From: Mobula hypostoma
Taxonomy: Eukaryota
Assembly (NCBI RefSeq): GCF_963921235.1
Contig: NC_086107.1
Span: 107,448,001 to 107,512,000, forward strand
Reading direction: 5' to 3'
Length of the DNA: 64,000 nt
The notes below the pieces were generated by a model. It was not told the origin of the DNA and ran no database searches. It was given only the letters and a program-made list of their open reading frames with translations. Made by a program: the position numbers and the translations under genes. Below, in pieces: positions 61,950-64,000 of this stretch (its first letter is position 1; the number at the start of each line of letters is the position of its first letter).

Positions 61950-63812
61950 CTATTGTGGTTGGGCTTGAGTGCTATCATCTCTTATAAAGTGAATTCAGGC
62001 GACAACAGAGCTTCGTTTCCAGATAAGCTCAAAGCCTTCTATGCTCGCTTTGACAATCAAAACATGGAGGAACCATCACGAACGCTCGCAGCCTGTGTTG
62101 ACCCTGTGACTTCAGTCCCTGATGCTGATGTGCGAGCAGCCTTCAGGAAGGTGAACCCATGAAAAGCATCTGGCTCAGACGGGGTACCTGGCTATGTACT
62201 AATGATCTGTGCTGATCAAGTGGCTGGAGTGTTCACTGAGATCTTGAACCTCTCACTTTGGCAATGTGTGGTAACCACCAGCTTCAAGCATGTTTCACCT
62301 ATACCAGTGCCTCAGACGAACACGGTAACCTGCTTCAACGACTATTGTTTAGTAGCACTTACAACCACAGTGATGAAGTGTTTTGAGAGGTTGGTGATGA
62401 AAAATATCAACTTCTGCCTGAGAAGCACATTGGATCCACTCCAATTTGCCTACTGGAGCAAAAGTACCACAGTAGTTGCCACCTCATTGACTCCTCACCC
62501 AGCTCTGGAACATCTGGATAGCAAAGATACATACATCTGGATGATATTTATCGACTACCGCTCAGCATTTAATACCATCATCCACCCAAAACTAATCAAT
62601 AAGTTTCAAGACCTTGGCCTCAATACCTCCTTGTGCAATTGGATCCCTGACTTCCTCAGTTGCAAACCCCAGTCAGTTCAGATTGAACAACACCTCCTCC
62701 ACAATCTCCACCAGCACAGATGCACCACAAGGCTGTGTGCTGAGCCCCCTGCTCTACTCACTTTACACTTATGACTGTGTGCTCCAATGCCACATACTAG
62801 TTTGCTGACAACACCACTGTCATAGGCTGAATCAATCGTGGTGATGAATCAGCGTATAGGAAGGAGACTGAAAAACTGGCTGAGCAGTGCCACAACAACA
62901 AACTCTTAATCAATGTCAGCAAGACCAAGGAACTGGTTATTGACTTCAAGAGAAGGAAACCGGAGGTCCATGAGCCAGTCCTCGGTGGAGGATCAGAGGA
63001 GGAGCGGGTCAGCAACATTAAATTCCTTGGTGTTATTATTTCAGAGGATCTGTCCTGGGCCCAGCACATTAAGTGCAATTATGAAGAAAGCACAGCAATG
63101 CCTTTACTTCCTTAGGAACTTGTAAAGATCGGCGTGATACCTAAAACTCTGACAAACTTCTATGGATGAGTGGTGGAGAGTATGTTGACTGGTTGCATTA
63201 CAAGCCTGGTATGGAAATACCAATGCCCTTGAACAGAAAATCCTACAAAAAGTGGTGAAGTTGGTCCAGTACATCATGGGTGAAGCCCTCCCCACCATTG
63301 AGCTAATCTGTACAGAAGATTGTAGCAGGAAAGCAGCATCTATCCTCAGGGACCCCACCCACCACCCAGCTCATGCTCTCTTCTCACTACTGCCATCAGG
63401 AGGAAGGCGCAGGAACTTCAGGTCTCACACCACCAGGTTCAGAAACAGCTATTGCCTCTCAACTATCAGGCTGTTGAGCCAAAGGAGACACCTTCACTCA
63501 ACTTCACTTGCCTTATCATTGAAATGTTCCCACAACGTATTGGCTCTCTTTCAAGGACAGTTCATCTCATCTTCTTGATATTTATTGCTTATTTATTTAT
63601 TATTAGTAGTATTTCTTTCTTTTTTTTATTTGCATAGTTTGTTGTCTTTTGTATCCTGGTTGAATGCTCAAGTTGGTGTGGTCTTTCATTGATTCTACTA
63701 TGGTTATTACGGTATTATGGATTTATTAAGTATGCCCATAAGAAAATGAATCTTAGGGTTGTATATGGTGACATATATGTACTTAGATAATAAATTTACT
63801 TTGAACGTTGAA
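61950..63812 (+). mobile_element. Rex1/Babar LINE, 5'-truncated and decayed
   Basis: AFYARFD, VALTTTVMKCFERLV, LDPLQFAY, PQGCVLSPLLYSLYTYDC and a 3' tail. Confidence 0.92.
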
Positions 63813-63825
63813 TGTCCTTCTGAAG

Positions 63826-64000
63826 CGGAGGGAGGGAGGGAGGGAGAGAGAGGGAGGGGGAGAGAGAGGGAGAGGGAGAGGGAGAGGAAGAGGGAAGAAG
63901 AGGGAGGGGGAGAGAGGAAGAGGGAGAGGGAGAGGGAAAGAGGGAGGAAGAGGGAGAGGGAGAGAGAGAGAGAGGGAGAGAGAGAGGGGGAGAGAGGGGG
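63826..64000. repeat. G/A polypurine low-complexity tract running off the window
   Basis: Direct inspection. Confidence 0.95.

Noticed and set aside
1..64000. CRISPR arrays, rRNA, prokaryotic operons or an intact autonomous transposon
   Set aside because: None seen. The sequence is vertebrate intronic/intergenic DNA and every element is truncated or disrupted.

Overview
Repeat-dense vertebrate genomic DNA. The repeat families (CR1 and Rex1/Babar LINEs, V-SINEs, a Deu-SINE relic, Penelope-like elements, Tc1-derived elements) point to a cartilaginous fish, probably a ray (inference). Most ORFs in the supplied track are LINE fragments, antisense shadows of repeats or microsatellite artefacts. 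In the few unique islands I find the 3' part of a minus-strand, multi-exon protein-coding gene with exons at 52990-52915, 38608-38530, 35035-34910, 19015-18946 and about 12980-12808. They join into one open frame of about 174 aa ending ...LMCSQ*. By eye, against sequences recalled from memory, this peptide aligns collinearly but very divergently with the C-terminal region of BRINP (FAM5) neural MACPF proteins, a region canonical BRINPs encode in one large exon. It may be an undescribed, intron-rich BRINP-like gene. The second highlight is a young Penelope-like family carrying minimal type I hammerhead ribozyme motifs. Four of its short insertions contain an inversion (three as long palindromes), and each is flanked by a 14-bp target-site duplication. 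Repeat boundaries are approximate and no database searches were run.
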